A DNA stretch of 64,000 bases from the human T2T-CHM13v2.0 reference genome, Homo sapiens (GCF_009914755.1 NC_060937.1); one strand, 5' to 3'; counted from the stretch's first letter, positions 31,118 to 47,006 are shown. Translations and numbers: made by a program. The notes: generated by a model from the letters alone, not told the origin.

Positions 31118-31523
31118 TGATTTCCTACTATATAACATTCTGGAAAAGGCAAAACTATGGAGGCAGTAAAAGGATCAGTGGTTGCCTAGGGTTAAGGAGA
31201 AGGGAGGGATGAATAGGCAGAGCTCAGGGAATTTTTACTGAAGTAAAACTGTTCTGTAGGACACGATAATGGTAGACACATATGTAATGTATTTGTCAGA
31301 ATGCATAACATGCAACACCAAGAGTGAACCCTAATGTAAACTATGGACTTTGGATGATAATGTGTCAGTGTAGGTTCATGGATTGTAATAAATGCACCAC
31401 TCTGTGCAAGATGTTGATAGTAAGGAAGGCTGTGAGTCAATGGGGTCAATGCTATATGGGAACTCTGTACAATTTTGCTATGAACTTAAAACTGCTCTAA
31501 AAAAATAAAGTCTATTAAAAAAT
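31118..31523 (+). mobile_element. L1MC-type 3' end
   Basis: acattctggaaaaggcaaaactatgg; agagtgaaccctaatgtaaactatggactt; aataaagtctattaaaaa. Confidence 0.85.
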
Positions 31524-31600
31524 AGCATGGAGTTCAATTATAATTAATCATCACTTTAATTTTTTAAGGAATTGGTTGGAATCATCTGTTTGTTATTTAA

Positions 31601-31984
<384 letters not shown>

Positions 31985-31995
31985 TAAATGTTGCA

Positions 31996-32310
31996 AGCTG
32001 AGCATGGTGGCTCACATCTGTAATCCTAGCACTTTGGGAGGCTGAGGTGGAATAATTGCTTGTGGGCAGGAGTTTGAGACTAGCCTGGGCAACATAGGGA
32101 TACTCCATCTCTACAGATAATCTTTAAAACTTAGCCGGGCATGGTGGTATGCGCCTGTGAACCAGCTATTTGGGAGACTGAGGTGGGAGGATCACTTGAG
32201 TCTAGGAGGTCAAGGCTGTAGTGTAAGCTGTGATTGCAACACTGCACTTCAGCCTAGGTGAGAGAACAAACCTGTCTTGAACAAACAAACAAACAAACAA
32301 ACAAACAAAA
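31996..32310 (+). mobile_element. AluJ with (AAAC)n tail
   Basis: Diverged Alu, head-to-head with the previous Alu. Confidence 0.9.
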
Positions 32311-32713
32311 TAAAACGAGTAAAGGTTGCAGGAAAGAAGACAGGACAGTTGGCCTTAGAAGGAAGGCGGTCCTACTCTGTGGAATCACACAGATCTGAAT
32401 TCAGCCCAGTAGCCACCCCTCCTGCTAACCAGGGACTGAGAGTGGTCTGTCTGGATACAGATTGTTCATCACCCTCAGTGTGATGGAAGCACCGCAGGAG
32501 AACTGGAAAAGGGGGCCAGGAATCTTGTCTTCAGTTTCTTCTCCTGGGAGGGGTAACAAAAAAAGACCAGAAACCAATGGGATTCTGTTTTTGCTTTTTT
32601 TAAATAGTTGAATGGGTTACCTTTAAAGATGCTTAGAAGGTAGAACTTCCTCCAAAATTGCTTTATTTTAGCCTTGAAAACACATCCATTTCCTTAAATC
32701 CTTTGAGATTTAT

Positions 32714-33022
32714 TTTTCTTTTCTTTTCTTTCTTTCTTTTTTTTTTTGAGACAGGGTCTCACTGTGTCACCCAGGTTGGAGTGCAGTGGTGTAATCATGG
32801 CTCACTGCAGCCTTGACCTCCTGGGCTCAAGTGATCCTCCTACCTCAGCCTCCTGAGTAGCTGGGACCACAGGAGTGTGCCACCACGACTGGCTAATTTT
32901 CTGCTTTTTGGAGAAATGAGGGTCTCCCTGTGTTGTCCAGGCTGGTCTCAAACTGCTGGCCTCAAGTGATCCTCCCACCTCGGCCTCCCAAAAGTGCTGG
33001 AATTACAGGTGTGAGCCATTGC
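32714..33022 (-). mobile_element. AluJ, antisense
   Basis: Reverse AluJ diagnostics. Confidence 0.92.
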
Positions 33023-33354
33023 CTCCTTTCTCTTTTTGATTGAGAATGCCCAGTATGCTAGTACTAATGTGCAGACCCTATGGTCTCTGCAGCATGGCCA
33101 AGGCAGCTCCAGGGCCTCCCCTCTGCCTGGATTGCCTGGGACTCATCTAGGAGAGTCTCAAGGAAGAGCCGTCTCCCCCATAAGGACTCTGGGTCCATGG
33201 GCACCCCCTACAAGCTCATGAGAACTGCAGACTCTCAGGCTCTGCAATCCCCAGACTACGGAGTCAGAATCTGTGTTAAAGGGTGAGCAGCTCTGCTGAG
33301 GACGCACCTGAGAGGCTGGCCCAGGCCTGTGCACTGCTTGCTGGGAGCAAAGCA

Positions 33355-33787
33355 TGTCATCAAACCAAACTGTGTCCATTTGCCTGTGTGTAACAGAAAG
33401 CCAAACATTGAGTCACTAGGTTTTGGCTGTGAGAAAGGTTCATTGTGAGTTGACTGACAAGGAGACAGGGGGCTATGCTCAAATCTGTCTCCCTGAGTTG
33501 GGTGCTGGGTTGGGTTTTTATAAGCACAAGGTAATGAGGTGTGATCTGATTGGATCTTGCAATGAGGTGATGCCAGAAGGCATGATCTGACTGGATCCTT
33601 CCATGGAATGTTTGCATCTTAACTCAATCCCAGCTCCTTAAGCACTTAGGTCCCACCAGTGGTTACATGCTTGGTTCATCTGGGCATGCTCAGGTTATGT
33701 GATCTTCAACCTGGGAGCCCGTGGCAACTGAAAAACTCACAGGTTTGTTAAATGAAAGTTGAACCAGATTGGTTTGATGGGTTACCA
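33355..33787 (-). mobile_element. ERV solo LTR (family not resolved)
   Basis: LTR-like text (agaaagccaaacattgag; ctcaaatctgtctccctgag; repeated gtgatctgattggatc). Confidence 0.6.
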
Positions 33788-34762
33788 GCAGAGGCCTTTG
33801 GGGGTTGGCTGGAGCAGCACCACCCCTCTGTGGTGTGCACCTGGAGCACCCATCCACATAGGCCCCAGTGATAAGATAGCGTTAACCACCAGCTGTGCTG
33901 TAGCAACCCAGCCCCTGTGGATGGCCACATAGTGGGTGAAGAAGTCCCAGGTTTTAACCCGGGCTTCTTTATTGGAAACTACATGCTTCTTCTCAAGTGG
34001 CTTTGTGGGCACAGAACCCAAGAGCTGAAACAATTCTTTCCCAAAAGAGGACACTGAGATTATTGGGCAGGAAGGAAGTTTTGGGCTTACTGAAGAAGGC
34101 TTGTCTGTATAAAATTGCTACTATTCGTGACATCTGTTCTTTAGATTATGTTTCCTGTGCTCTGTTTGTCAACTTGGAGCACCATAATGCACTTTGATTT
34201 ATGGCTGCTGTCCTTAAAACCCACCTGAAAATAAGAACCCCCTCTTAACCTGTGAACAGAACTAGAACCCTGCCCCAATAACAGCTAATATTAATTTTTA
34301 TTTAGTGCTTGCCAATCATCTCACAGCTAGGGGTGATGAAAGTGGATTTAACCAATATGCCTTAATGCTACTGTTTATGTGTGTCTGGCACTGTGCTGGG
34401 TGGTTTCCATTTTATTCCTCATCCTGAAGATAGCCCTGAAAGATATTGTTTATCTTGATTTTTCAGATGAGGAATCAGGGCTCAGAGATGTTAAATAGCT
34501 TGCCTGGTATCACAAAGCTAACATGTGATTGGCTCAGATTTCTAAACCTGCCTCTGTCTGACCCCGATGCTATGTCCTTCCCACTACCCCACACTGCCCT
34601 TCCAGCAAAGGTAGCATCCATGTGGAGGCAAGAATTGGGCTCCAATTTGCAGGAAGTGCAGATATGTTGGGGAGAGACTCAGGATATCAGAGCTGGAAGG
34701 AACGATTCAATTGAGGGTTTTCCAACTTCACGGTCCACGGACAACCATCTGGCTTGCGTGGA

Positions 34763-34866
34763 TAGTGTATGATCCCCTAGATTTGGGAGTGTCTTGTGAC
34801 CCCCTAGATCTGGAGAGTAGTGTGTGTCCCCCTGGATTCAGGGGTAGTGCATGATCTCCTGGATTT
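34763..34866. repeat. Degenerate ~27-28-bp tandem repeat, about 4 copies
   Basis: Recurrent tagtgt..gatcccct(a/g)gat(t/c)tggg units. Confidence 0.7.
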
Positions 34867-35158
34867 TTGTATAGATGAAGAAACAGGCCCAGACAGGTGA
34901 CACTGCTTGCCAATGGCCAGAACCAGTTGGTGAAGGACTCAGACTCTCTGACTGTCTTCTTTCCTGAGCAAAATACATCATTATCTCTTCCAGAGCATGG
35001 ACAACTGGTTGTGGCTGCTCACTTTTCTTCCAAATCTGGGGTTTAAGGCCTGAGTTTTTCATGACCGTGGCATTTGATACAGAGATGTGCTGGCTTCTGA
35101 AACAGAGCAGCCTCAGCTTTCCTGCTGCTTCATCTACTTCTGAGATAAAGACAGCCTA

Positions 35159-35457
<299 letters not shown>

Positions 35458-36329
35458 GAGACAGCCTTATGGTTTCGTTAGAATGGGAAACGGCAGCAGG
35501 GCTGAAGGAAATTACCAAGACTAGCTGCACACTTGCTTATGAATCAGAACATTACACTTCTATGAGACCAAGTCTCATATATGCATTGTTAAGCTGGTAC
35601 AGTATTTACTTCCACTTACCTACTGCCTCACCGTCATGGACCAGCCTCGGATACTCCCCAGCGAAAACATCCAGGGAGAGCGTGGCCGCCACGGCACACC
35701 TCAGGCCTTGGTCAGGGACACAGAGAAGGAAGAGGGTGCTCCCTGGGAAGGGCCTCCTCTTCCTCCTGGAACACAGACCCAGGAAGGTCTAGTGAAGCTC
35801 CGGAAGCCAAATCTCCCACGCGCCCACGTCTGGGTACCCACCCACGACCAGCATCACTTAGTCATTTTTATATTTAAATCGCCAGAAGCCTGAAAACTGT
35901 AGAAAGGACTTGTCCCAGGTGATTCATTGGGGATCCTAGCCACAGTCTTTTACTTTCATCCTCAAAGGCCTATGATGACAAACATAGCCAGGCTCAGCCC
36001 CAGCCCACCTGGCAGGTAAAGACAGCTAACGGCATGCCGTGGAAGCTCAGATGCCCCCAGTTTACGGAGCTCCAACCCTCTGCTGGGTTTGTACAGGAGC
36101 TCATGGTTGAAAGAGGCAGCCTCCATTGGAGCAAACACCCAATCAGACATTGTGGAAAACAGAGAACATCCCCCGAGGAATTTTTAGGTGGGACTTCCTA
36201 CCTAAGGAGATGAATACAGTATCATCTCCCACCTGCACTCCTGAAAGTGTCATATCTGGTTCTGTTTTTCACGATCTAACCCTCCTTCTAATCTGTTCTC
36301 CACCTGGCAGCTAGGATGTTCTTTGTTTA

Positions 36330-36745
36330 TAAAAACTGGTTAAAATACACATAACATAAAATTTACCATTTTAACCATTTTTAAGTTGAAGTTCAGCAGC
36401 ATTAAGAACATTCACTTTGCTGTGCAACCAGCACCATGATCCATCTCCAGAACCCCCTTCATCTTCTCAAATAGAAACTCTGTGCTCATTAAACAACCAC
36501 TCCCCATTCCCGCCTTCCCCAGCCCCTGGCAACCACCGTTCTATTTTCTGTCTCCAGGAACCTGACTGTTCTGGTACCTCACATAAGTGGAATCTTGCGG
36601 TGTTTGTCCCCTTGTGCCTGGCATAGCATGATGTCCTCAGAGTTCATCCAGTCGTAGCATGTGACAGGATTTCCTTTGTTTTTAAGGCTAAATCATACTC
36701 TACATTTTGTGTATCTGTTCATCCGTTGATGGACACTGGGTGGTT
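36330..36745 (-). mobile_element. L1MB-type 3' end, antisense
   Basis: aacataaaatttaccattttaaccatttttaag; cagcccctggcaaccacc; tctgttcatccgttgatggacac. Confidence 0.85.
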
Positions 36746-37070
36746 TTAGAATGTTCTTTGCAAAAACGCAAGACTGATTGTATGACCGCAGGTGGGATGA
36801 GGCCCAAATCTTTAAAAAGCCATCAGGCTGTGCCCCCTTTGCAGGATCACCAGCCTCCCTCCATCCCAGGCCCCCAGTGTCCTCTCATTCCTCTGGGGCC
36901 TGGGCCTGGGAAGCTGTTCCCACAGCTTTTCACCTGGTTAACTCCTCACGCCAGTCCAATCCAAACCCAGGGTCCCATCCAAGTCAGAAGCACAGCCTCC
37001 TCTCTCAGGGCCCCTTGTGCTTCCTCCCAGCACAGCTCAGACCTGTCATTACACATCTGGTTCTGTGGGG

Positions 37071-37113
37071 GACCCCTGTTTCTGCCGGTGGACCCCTGTT
37101 TCTGCCGGTGGAC
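37071..37113. repeat. Perfect 20-bp tandem duplication
   Basis: gacccctgtttctgccggtg x2 plus gac. Confidence 0.95.
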
Positions 37114-37237
37114 TCCAAACCCAATGTTTAGCTCACCCCGGCAGTCCTGAATGCCTGACAGATAGGCGGCGCTCCACAGATGTGAATGTGGTGAAAGAAT
37201 AAATGTTGGAAGGAGCATGGGGCTGGAGGCAGGCTAA

Positions 37238-37557
<320 letters not shown>

Positions 37558-39855
37558 ATTGCTTGAAGAATTTAGAGAATAAAACACCAGCACAGCACCC
37601 AGCATATAGTAGACACTCAGCAACATCACCGCCCTTCTTTTCTCTTACCCTAAATCTAGTCTGAAGGGAGATATGGGTGAGAACACATTTGCTCCCATAA
37701 TTACCCTGAATTGTATTGGCTGACACGTAAAGCAGCATTTCCCTTGGAGAGAAGAATGGTGGAAAGGGTCTGGGGCCTTGGGTACCTTATAAGGTCCAGA
37801 AACCCTCTTGGCAAGGCCTGAATGCCCTACCTCAGCTCCATCAGCATTACCACCACCTGACCTTGTCCTGAGCCATAAGCCCTGGTGTTAGCTGTGGATA
37901 CAGGAGCAAGGGCTTGGGGCAGGGGTGAAATTCTCCCTAGAACTACAACTTGAATGACACCCAGCAGGAGAAAGCCTCAATATGACTGTGTAAGATCACG
38001 GTGGTTCAGGAATCCCTTTTTTCCTACACTGTCCTGAGCAGGCTGAGCTCAGAACCACGAACATCTGCACACACGGGCAGCTGGCCCCGTCACCGGCCTC
38101 CAGGGGCAGTGCCCCCGCCATTATTAGTCATTACTAGAGCAAACATTAGTACAAGTACACACACAATTGCAGAATCATTGCTCTGATTGGAAACACTGGT
38201 GTGGAGTCTTGCAAGCATTCACTGGGTGAGACAGAAACTGTGAACTTGTTTTTCTAGGCTCAGACACTTCTTTCAGATCCAGGGCTGACAAAGAAAGGCC
38301 CATTACGTGGGGCACCTCCCCCAGGACTTCCTCTTCAAATATCAGCTAGATCAGGTTCCTTCTATGCAAATCATTTGCGCATTTATCCTGCTTTTCATTA
38401 ACATAATATCTCCTGAGCCATCACCCTAGCCTCTCTCCTTTAAACATTTCACAGTCAAACGGAGCTCAACAGAAAGAGGGGTGATACCAGCGTCTTTGTT
38501 AAGGCGGTAGTCTTTATTCGTGTCTCCTCTGCCTGCTATATATTACTGTATGCCATAGCCACATCCAAAATGCTTTATTTTTTAGTGAAGAACAAAATAA
38601 AGCTGAGATGATCTACTCCTGGATTCAGAAGCCCCAAAATCTCAAGGAAATTGTGAATTCTACCTGTATGCACACAGTACACGATACTATGCTTGTTATC
38701 TATGAGACGGGCCAGATACTAGGTAGAACCTAAGAATAAATTGTGCAGCGGATGCGTTCTTTGCAAAAGACACTTATTACTGAGGACACATCTCCTCTGG
38801 ATGGAGAATTTATTCTGTGTAGGAGGGGGCTGAAGTGGGGGTTTCTACACCACCCTTTCTGGGAGAGCATGCTTCATTGCTTTGCCAGGTAGGGTCAGGT
38901 GGATGGGGTGGGCACCCCACAGTCCTATTCTGCTACTGACCACTTCCTCCCAATGGCACCTTTTTACAGTTTCTCACTTGATTTGTGCACACAAACACAC
39001 AAGATCGTTCTTCTGGGGTCTGTATATGGTGATGTCGGCGTGTTTCCAATTCATTCTTCCTTTGTACCAGCACTTCGTAGGGAAACATAGGAGAGAACCC
39101 ACTCGATGTTGTTAGGCTGAATTAATTTCATGTTTTGGGGTGGGAGGTAGGGGGACTTTCTGACTTCAAAGAGCCTTTGATTCTTATGTGATAAAACAGG
39201 GTACAGAACCATATATGATATAATCTTAGCTATGAATACAACCAACCCTGACACACCCACAAACACACACACAGGCTTGTGCATATATGCAATTTAAAAA
39301 AAGACTTCATACTGATACATCATAATGTTAAGAAAGCTTCTTCTGAGTGGCTGGGATTATCATTGGTTTTTAGTTTATTTTTTATTTTTTCTTTCAAAAT
39401 GTCTATAGAAGCCTATATTACTCTTGTAATCAAAAAAGGTTACAAGAGTAACCTTTTATTTTGTTTCTTCTATAAAATAAAATCTTTTAATGTTTTTTCC
39501 TCTATAAAAATACCCTGGAAACTGATTAATTCTTAAGTAGTCATCAGGCAAATTTTTCAGAGGAATTAATTAACAGCTAGCTTAGAGCAAGGCATTGGAG
39601 AAATAGAACATGACATTAATATTCCAGGTTGAGGGAAAGATAGAGTGGTGACATGGAAGAGGAGAGGAGCTTGGCCATGCAGGATGATCTTACCAATGCC
39701 ATGGCTTTCTTACTGGTGTTTATCTGGGACACACACATACACACAGCCTCTTCTTCTGCCATCTCCTAGTTCTGACACTCAGCCCTGAGCAGCCCTCAAT
39801 CCAGCAGATGGAATACCTCCATGCCCAGGCTTTAAGGCCATAATCAAACTAATAC

Positions 39856-40163
39856 TGTCTTAGTCTATTTTGTGCTGCTATACCAGAATACTTAAGAACA
39901 TAAACTTTTTTCTCACAGCTCTGGAGGCTGAGTAGTCCAAGATCAAGACACTGTCATCTGGCAAGGGCCTTCTTGCTGAGTCCTCACGTGGCAGAAGACG
40001 GAAGAGTGAAAAAGAATCCAACTTCTGCTGTCAAGCCCTTTTAAAACAGTATTAATCTATTCAAAAGAGCAGAGCCCTTGTGACCCAAACACCTCCCAAC
40101 ACTGTTGCATCGAGATTAAGTTTCCAACATATGGATTTTGAGGGACACATTCAGATCATAGCA
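39856..40163 (-). mobile_element. MST-type MaLR solo LTR
   Basis: tgtcttagtctattttgtgctgctata ... cattcagatcatagca. Confidence 0.85.
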
Positions 40164-41133
40164 GATATTAGCAGTCAAGGTCCAACCAGGAAAATGAAAA
40201 TATCTCCAAATATTTAAAATGAGGAAAATAAATTTAAGAATTGGCTTCATAAATGAAGGAAGAGCTAAGAGGCCAACAGGGACCATGAAGCCACTGAGAG
40301 ATTAGTACCAGCAGGAAGCCACTCCATGCACTTGGACTGATCGTTTCTGGTAAACCCACGGCTAAAGAAACCACAGAGGGAGGGAAGGAATGTCCTGGTT
40401 TCTCCCTTCCTTCCTCTCGTCTTCTACCAGCACCTCCCATGCCAAACCCAGCTGGCAGCAGCTGCCCCTGAATCCCACTGTGATACCAAGCAGGGCAGGG
40501 GAAGGAGGAGTAACAGGTCTGAGGGCAGGGAAGCTACAGACTGGACACCACCTATCATTGGGTCAAAGAGCCTGGGAGCTGCCAGCTTGTCCCTTTCCCT
40601 CCCACCCTACTCCCCTGCCTGTTAGCAGGATGCACTTGAATCATGCCAGGTAATTTTTTCCTAGTCTATATCATCTTTGTGCCAGATCACAAAGATGAAA
40701 ATATTACATTAGTTAAAAACGACCTCGTAGTCATTTTCATAAATGAGGGAACTGAAGTTTCAGAATGGCAGTCCCTCTCAGCCCTTGCTTCCAAGTTCCA
40801 CCAAACTGAGAACAACTTCAGGGGCCAGAGAGGATCAGCTTTATAACTGAAGCTCATATGAAAACTAGTCTGCCCCTGGGCAAGGTAGGGGCTTTCTTCT
40901 CCCTTTCCCAAAGTCACCAACTGAAAGTCCTGAATGTCAGCAGGCCGAGAAGCAGGAAGGGGAAATCCTCTAACTCAGGAGGGGCGTCCCCAAGAGCATA
41001 TAGACCCAAGGAATAGGAGAGGAGGGCTGGGGCTGGAGTTGCTTTTTGGGCACAGTGATCTTACCTCTGCCACTGTGGTCCAATAGACAGAAGGTCTTGC
41101 TAATTAGATTACTATCTCTCCCTTGTAGGGGAC

Positions 41134-41558
41134 TGCTATGCTTTGAATGTCCATCCCATCCAAAATTCATGTTGAACTTTAATCCTCAAAGGGGCAGTAT
41201 TGAGAGGTGGGGCCTTCACGAGATGACTGGATCATGAGAGGGCTCTACCCTCATGAATGGATTAATCTATTCGTGGACTAGTGAATTAATGAGTTATGAT
41301 AATAGGACTGACTGCTTTACAGGAAGTGGAAGAGAGACCTGAACTAGCATGTGAGCTTGCTCAGCCCCTCACATGTGATGCCCTGCACTGCCTGGGGATT
41401 CTGCAGAGAATCCCCACCAGCAGGAAGGCCCTCACCAGATGCAGCCCCTCGACCTTGACCTTCTAAACCTTCATGACTGTAAAAAAGAAATTTTTTTTCT
41501 TTATAAATTACCCAGCTTCAGGTATTCTGTTATAAGCAACAGAAAACAGATTAGGACA
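41134..41558 (+). mobile_element. MST-type MaLR solo LTR
   Basis: tgctatgctttgaatgt ... ataaattacccagcttcaggtattctgttataagcaacagaaaacagattaggaca. Confidence 0.88.
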
Positions 41559-42153
41559 AGGAGTGAAAAAAGAGGTGAGGCATCCAAAGCTCCCTTTATA
41601 TTTCCCTGAGTGGTACAAATGTACATAGAAGATCCTATTTTATGAGCCAAGGCAGGAATTAAAGAAATGAAACAGGAGGGAGGCCTCCTCCCACCCACAC
41701 CTCCACCCTCAACTGTGAAGATAACTTGGGGCATTTGGGGGCTCCCTCAGCATTGAAGTTGTAGTCATGATAGAAAAAAAGGCTACCTGGGGCAAACGGA
41801 GTAGGACAAAATAAACCCACCCATACCTGACAACGAGAGATAAACAGATGAGAGATAATCTGTTTATCTCTCATAAACCTCATTTAGCCTCATGTTTACA
41901 TTTATTTCCAGTTCCTCAGATGGTCCTATTTTTGATAGGTAAATGTAATACAAAGGGATCATACATATGTATAGTTTTAAATTCTGCTTTAAAAAATAAC
42001 ATTATGTTATATATTGTATATTAGTAAGTATTATTCTAAAACATTATATTGGTAGGTTTATAGCAGGTCATCGAATGGCTGCTCAAAATTTAAATGTAGA
42101 TTGTAAGACTTGCTCTACACAGTGTAAAAATATGGTCATACCTCTGCTATTAA

Positions 42154-42495
<342 letters not shown>

Positions 42496-43749
42496 ATATT
42501 CTTTTGAAATTAATTGCTGAAGCTTCCCAGGCCCTTTGAGCGGAAAGTCCAACTTGTCCCTCTCAAAATTCCCTGCATTTCACCCAAGTTGTCCAAGAAT
42601 GCTGGATCCTTCCTCAGCCCGGAGAGGACTCTAGGTAACAGGCTAGCAAAATGACAGCCGGGGCTCCAGCCTGCAGTTCCCGGTGGTTGCCACGTGGTGT
42701 CAGTGTTGAAGAGTAGTCCTGTACCCTGCAGCCGGCAATGACCATCCATCCTGGGATGTCCCTCCGCGTCTAGCCCCTTGTCGTTTACATTTCCATGCTC
42801 AGACATTGCCCTCTAAGACACAGCCACTAGGCAAGGCTTTTACGGGTCGGAGGTACTTCCAAGGTCAGCCATATACTTAATGCTCTGGAATCAATTCCAC
42901 TACCAATTCTTTGGCCCTTGTGAAATTGGGACATGAAACTTGAATCTCCTTCCTGCAGGATAACTATTTCAACGTCTTGTTCACTTCCCTCTTACTAGAT
43001 TTGAGTCCCCCTTTTGTACGTTTCTAATTTCAAATCAGACCTTTCTAATTTCAAATTTGAGAAAGTGGTGATTAGACTGCTGGCCCCTTTAGAAAACCCT
43101 GAGCTTCTCAGGGAAATCAGCCCACTTCTTCCCCAGCCAACAGCTGTGCAAATCAAGGACTATGTCAGATTTTGCTAAGCCATTCAGGGAAACAAAATGT
43201 TTTATGGTTTTTTGTTTTTGTTTTTGTTTTTAAATGGGTGCCTCCTTGTCCTCTGTTTATAAGAGACCACTGACACAATTCTTTATAGATCGAAGATCTG
43301 TTTCAGTGTGATTATCTATACCTGTGTTAAAATTTCTTTGTAAATAAAAATCTCATCCTCTATGTACCCCATGACCTGGTAGTTGTTCTATTGCTGGACT
43401 TCAAGTTGTTACTATGTTTTAAAAGTCATAATAATAAATAATGCTGACTTTTGGCTTAAAGATGTCAAATTGTCATGTGTTTATTTCCACTCCCTCCTGG
43501 TATCTTACTGAAATATATGACAACAACAAAAAAGTAAACAATGGGGGAAATCTCTGGCAGAGAGAGATAGTGGGAAAACATACCATTGATAGAGAAGAAA
43601 CATGGAGACGTTCTGATGTAATAATAATGGCTATGTGGGTTTACTGTGCACCCAGCCTTGCTCAATGCCTTTACATGCATGCATTATCTCACCAAAGAAT
43701 ATGAGATAGGTGGAAGCTCCAAGCAAATGGAACTGGATTGCTGGGCACA

Positions 43750-44124
43750 TGATACGGTTTGGCTCTGTGTCCCCGCCCAAATCTCATCTAGAATTGTAAT
43801 CCGGACGTGTAGAGGGAGGGACCTGTAATCCCCATGTGTGGAGGTAGGGAGGTGATTAGATCATAGGGCGGTTTCCCCATGCTGTGCTCCGGATAGTGAG
43901 TTCTCACAGGTCTGATGGTTTTATAAGGGGTTCTTCCCCTTTCACTTTCTCTTCTCTCTTCTGCTGCCTTGTGAAGAGTGTGCTTGCTTCCCCTTCCGCC
44001 ATGATTATAAGTTTCCCAAGGCCTTGCCAGCTTGCAGAACTGTGAGTCAATTAAACCTCTTTCCTTTATAAATTGCCCAGTCTCAGGGAAGTTCTTTATA
44101 GCAGTGTGAAAACGGACTAATACA
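43750..44124 (+). mobile_element. THE1-type MaLR solo LTR with 5-bp TSD
   Basis: tgatacggtttggctctgtgtcccc ... cggactaataca; GCACA on both sides. Confidence 0.93.
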
Positions 44125-45247
44125 GCACATCAAGCAACACTACTGTTTCTCCTTTTTCACACAGGAAAAGAAGAGGAGGGCTCCTCTGAGACCTCATTGG
44201 ATGCATTTCCCAGCTTAGCCCAAGTGTGGGCTGCTCATGGGGTGTTGTGAGGGTGCGGGGATGGTTTGAAGGGCAAACGTGTCAGTGCGCTTCCGGGACC
44301 CCTCTCCAAGCCAGGCACCCAAACGCAGGACCGGGGACTCAGTCTACTCATGAGGACGAAGCTCAGCTTGGAAACCCAGATGCTCCACCTCCTCAGAACT
44401 CCTTCCAGCGATGCGGGGACAAGGTGATGCAGCCCCCTTCCCGTTGTCTGAACTTCAGCAGGTGCAGAGTGAGCACTTTGGTTGGAAATTCTTGACTGCG
44501 AGCTGTCTCCTGGGCTTCCCTCACAGGGGCCCCACAGTGCCCCAACCCTCCAGCAGGTGCCTGGACCCACTGCCATGCTGTTTCACTTGCCAAAATCAGG
44601 GGAATTCCTTTTCCTGGCTGGGCCTTTTCTTCTTTCCCAGTGAGCTGGGAGGTGAAAATTTTAGGACTCTATGAACAGAGACCAGTCAAGGCTCCTTATG
44701 GTTTTGTCCTTACTGCCCTTGATTTTCAGTCCAAAACCATTTTCAAGGACAACCTGCCATGACCTCCACTGGCTCAGCGTTCTGCCTGAAGGAGAGCTGC
44801 CTTCAGCAGCAGATCTCAGTTGCCCACCTTTTGGAGGTGGACCAAGGGGTCTTGCCTGCAACCAAATGACAACCTCAAAGTGGACCAGGTGTTTTCCTTA
44901 CCTCATTTATAACCTGGGGTGTAAATGATTGGCAGTGGAAGGTCAAGCCGTAACTCCTGTGATGAATTGGGGCAGGTTAAATGGACTGATCTGTTTCTGT
45001 TCATCCATAGTAACATCATGCAGCCGCCCAGCAACATATTTGAACAAGAGTTTTGCAATCATCACACGCAAAATCTTTCTGTTGGAAAAAGGCACGCATA
45101 TACCTTGGTAGAATATATTTGTTAATTGCTATTTGTTAGCTTCATCTTTTCTTCAAAATAGAGGAGAAATTATTACTTTGATAATGGGTAGAGGGGTTTC
45201 AGGCTTAAAAAGAGGAAATTTCCAAGGATATTAAGAATAAACACAGC

Positions 45248-45551
<304 letters not shown>

Positions 45552-45807
45552 ACACAGCAGGGCAAAAACTGCTGTCTGCCATCTGCAGCCACACATGATG
45601 CTGGTTATTGAGGAGAGTGTGTCCATCTGGAATCAGATGCAATTGCTGAGGGAACTGCTGATGCTTGTATACCATGGCATGTGATACATGGAAGCAGACA
45701 ATAACAACACAGAATCACTGGATATTTGTGGAGAATCAGCACCTCGAAGGAAAGAAAGTATTTCAAGCAATCAATATAAATACCTATCCCTACATATTAT
45801 AGAGTTA

Positions 45808-46287
<480 letters not shown>

Positions 46288-46309
46288 TTAGAAATTAAAA
46301 ATTCCAATG

Positions 46310-46700
46310 GAAACAAAAGATGATATACCCATACAATGAAATACTACTGAGGAATAAAAAGGGAAAAAATTACTGATACACTCTACGGCATGGATAAACC
46401 TCAAAAGCATTATGTTGAGCTAAGGAAGCCAGTTGCAGAAAGTGCATGCTATATGGTTTCTTTCATATAAAACTCGAACACAAGCGAAATTAATTGATGA
46501 TATTAGAAATCGTTCGTGATTTCTGGGGAGGGGTCATGAATTGACCAGAAGGAGATGAAAAAACTTTCTGGGGTCATGGAAGTGTTTTACATCTTGACTG
46601 AATGGCTATACGGGTTATATGTATGCATTCATTACAACTGACTGTGCACTTAAAATTTGTGCATTCTATTGTATGAATATTATACAGGAATTTAAGAAAG
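46310..46700 (+). mobile_element. L1ME/MB-type 3' relic
   Basis: catacaatgaaatactact; catggataaacctcaaaagcattatgttgag. Confidence 0.75.
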
Positions 46701-47006
46701 GTGGCAAAGACTAATATGAATGGACTCCACTCTCAAAAACAACAGCAGCAACAACAAAACGCCTTTATATATACTCTGACTTATAGTAATTCAGCTGAAA
46801 ACTGAATTAGTGAATTAGAGGAAAAGGTGATGGAAGTCATGAGAGATGGTGAAATATAAATGCAGTGTCACCATCACTTGTATAATAGGAATTTCATGAT
46901 GAGAGAATAGAAGGAAAAAAATCACTGAGAATATGTAATAAATTGTTTCCTGAGTGGAGAAAAAGAGGCCGTTGAATGCCAAGTAGGAATTCTCAGAAAA
47001 CTACCT

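Noticed and set aside
43021-43064. Short tttctaatttcaaat repeat and hairpin
   Set aside because: 15-bp AT-rich slippage; too short to be meaningful
44551-44563. CTCF-like CCAGCAGGTGCC (also near 37157 and 56128)
   Set aside because: Mismatches in core positions; not supportable by eye
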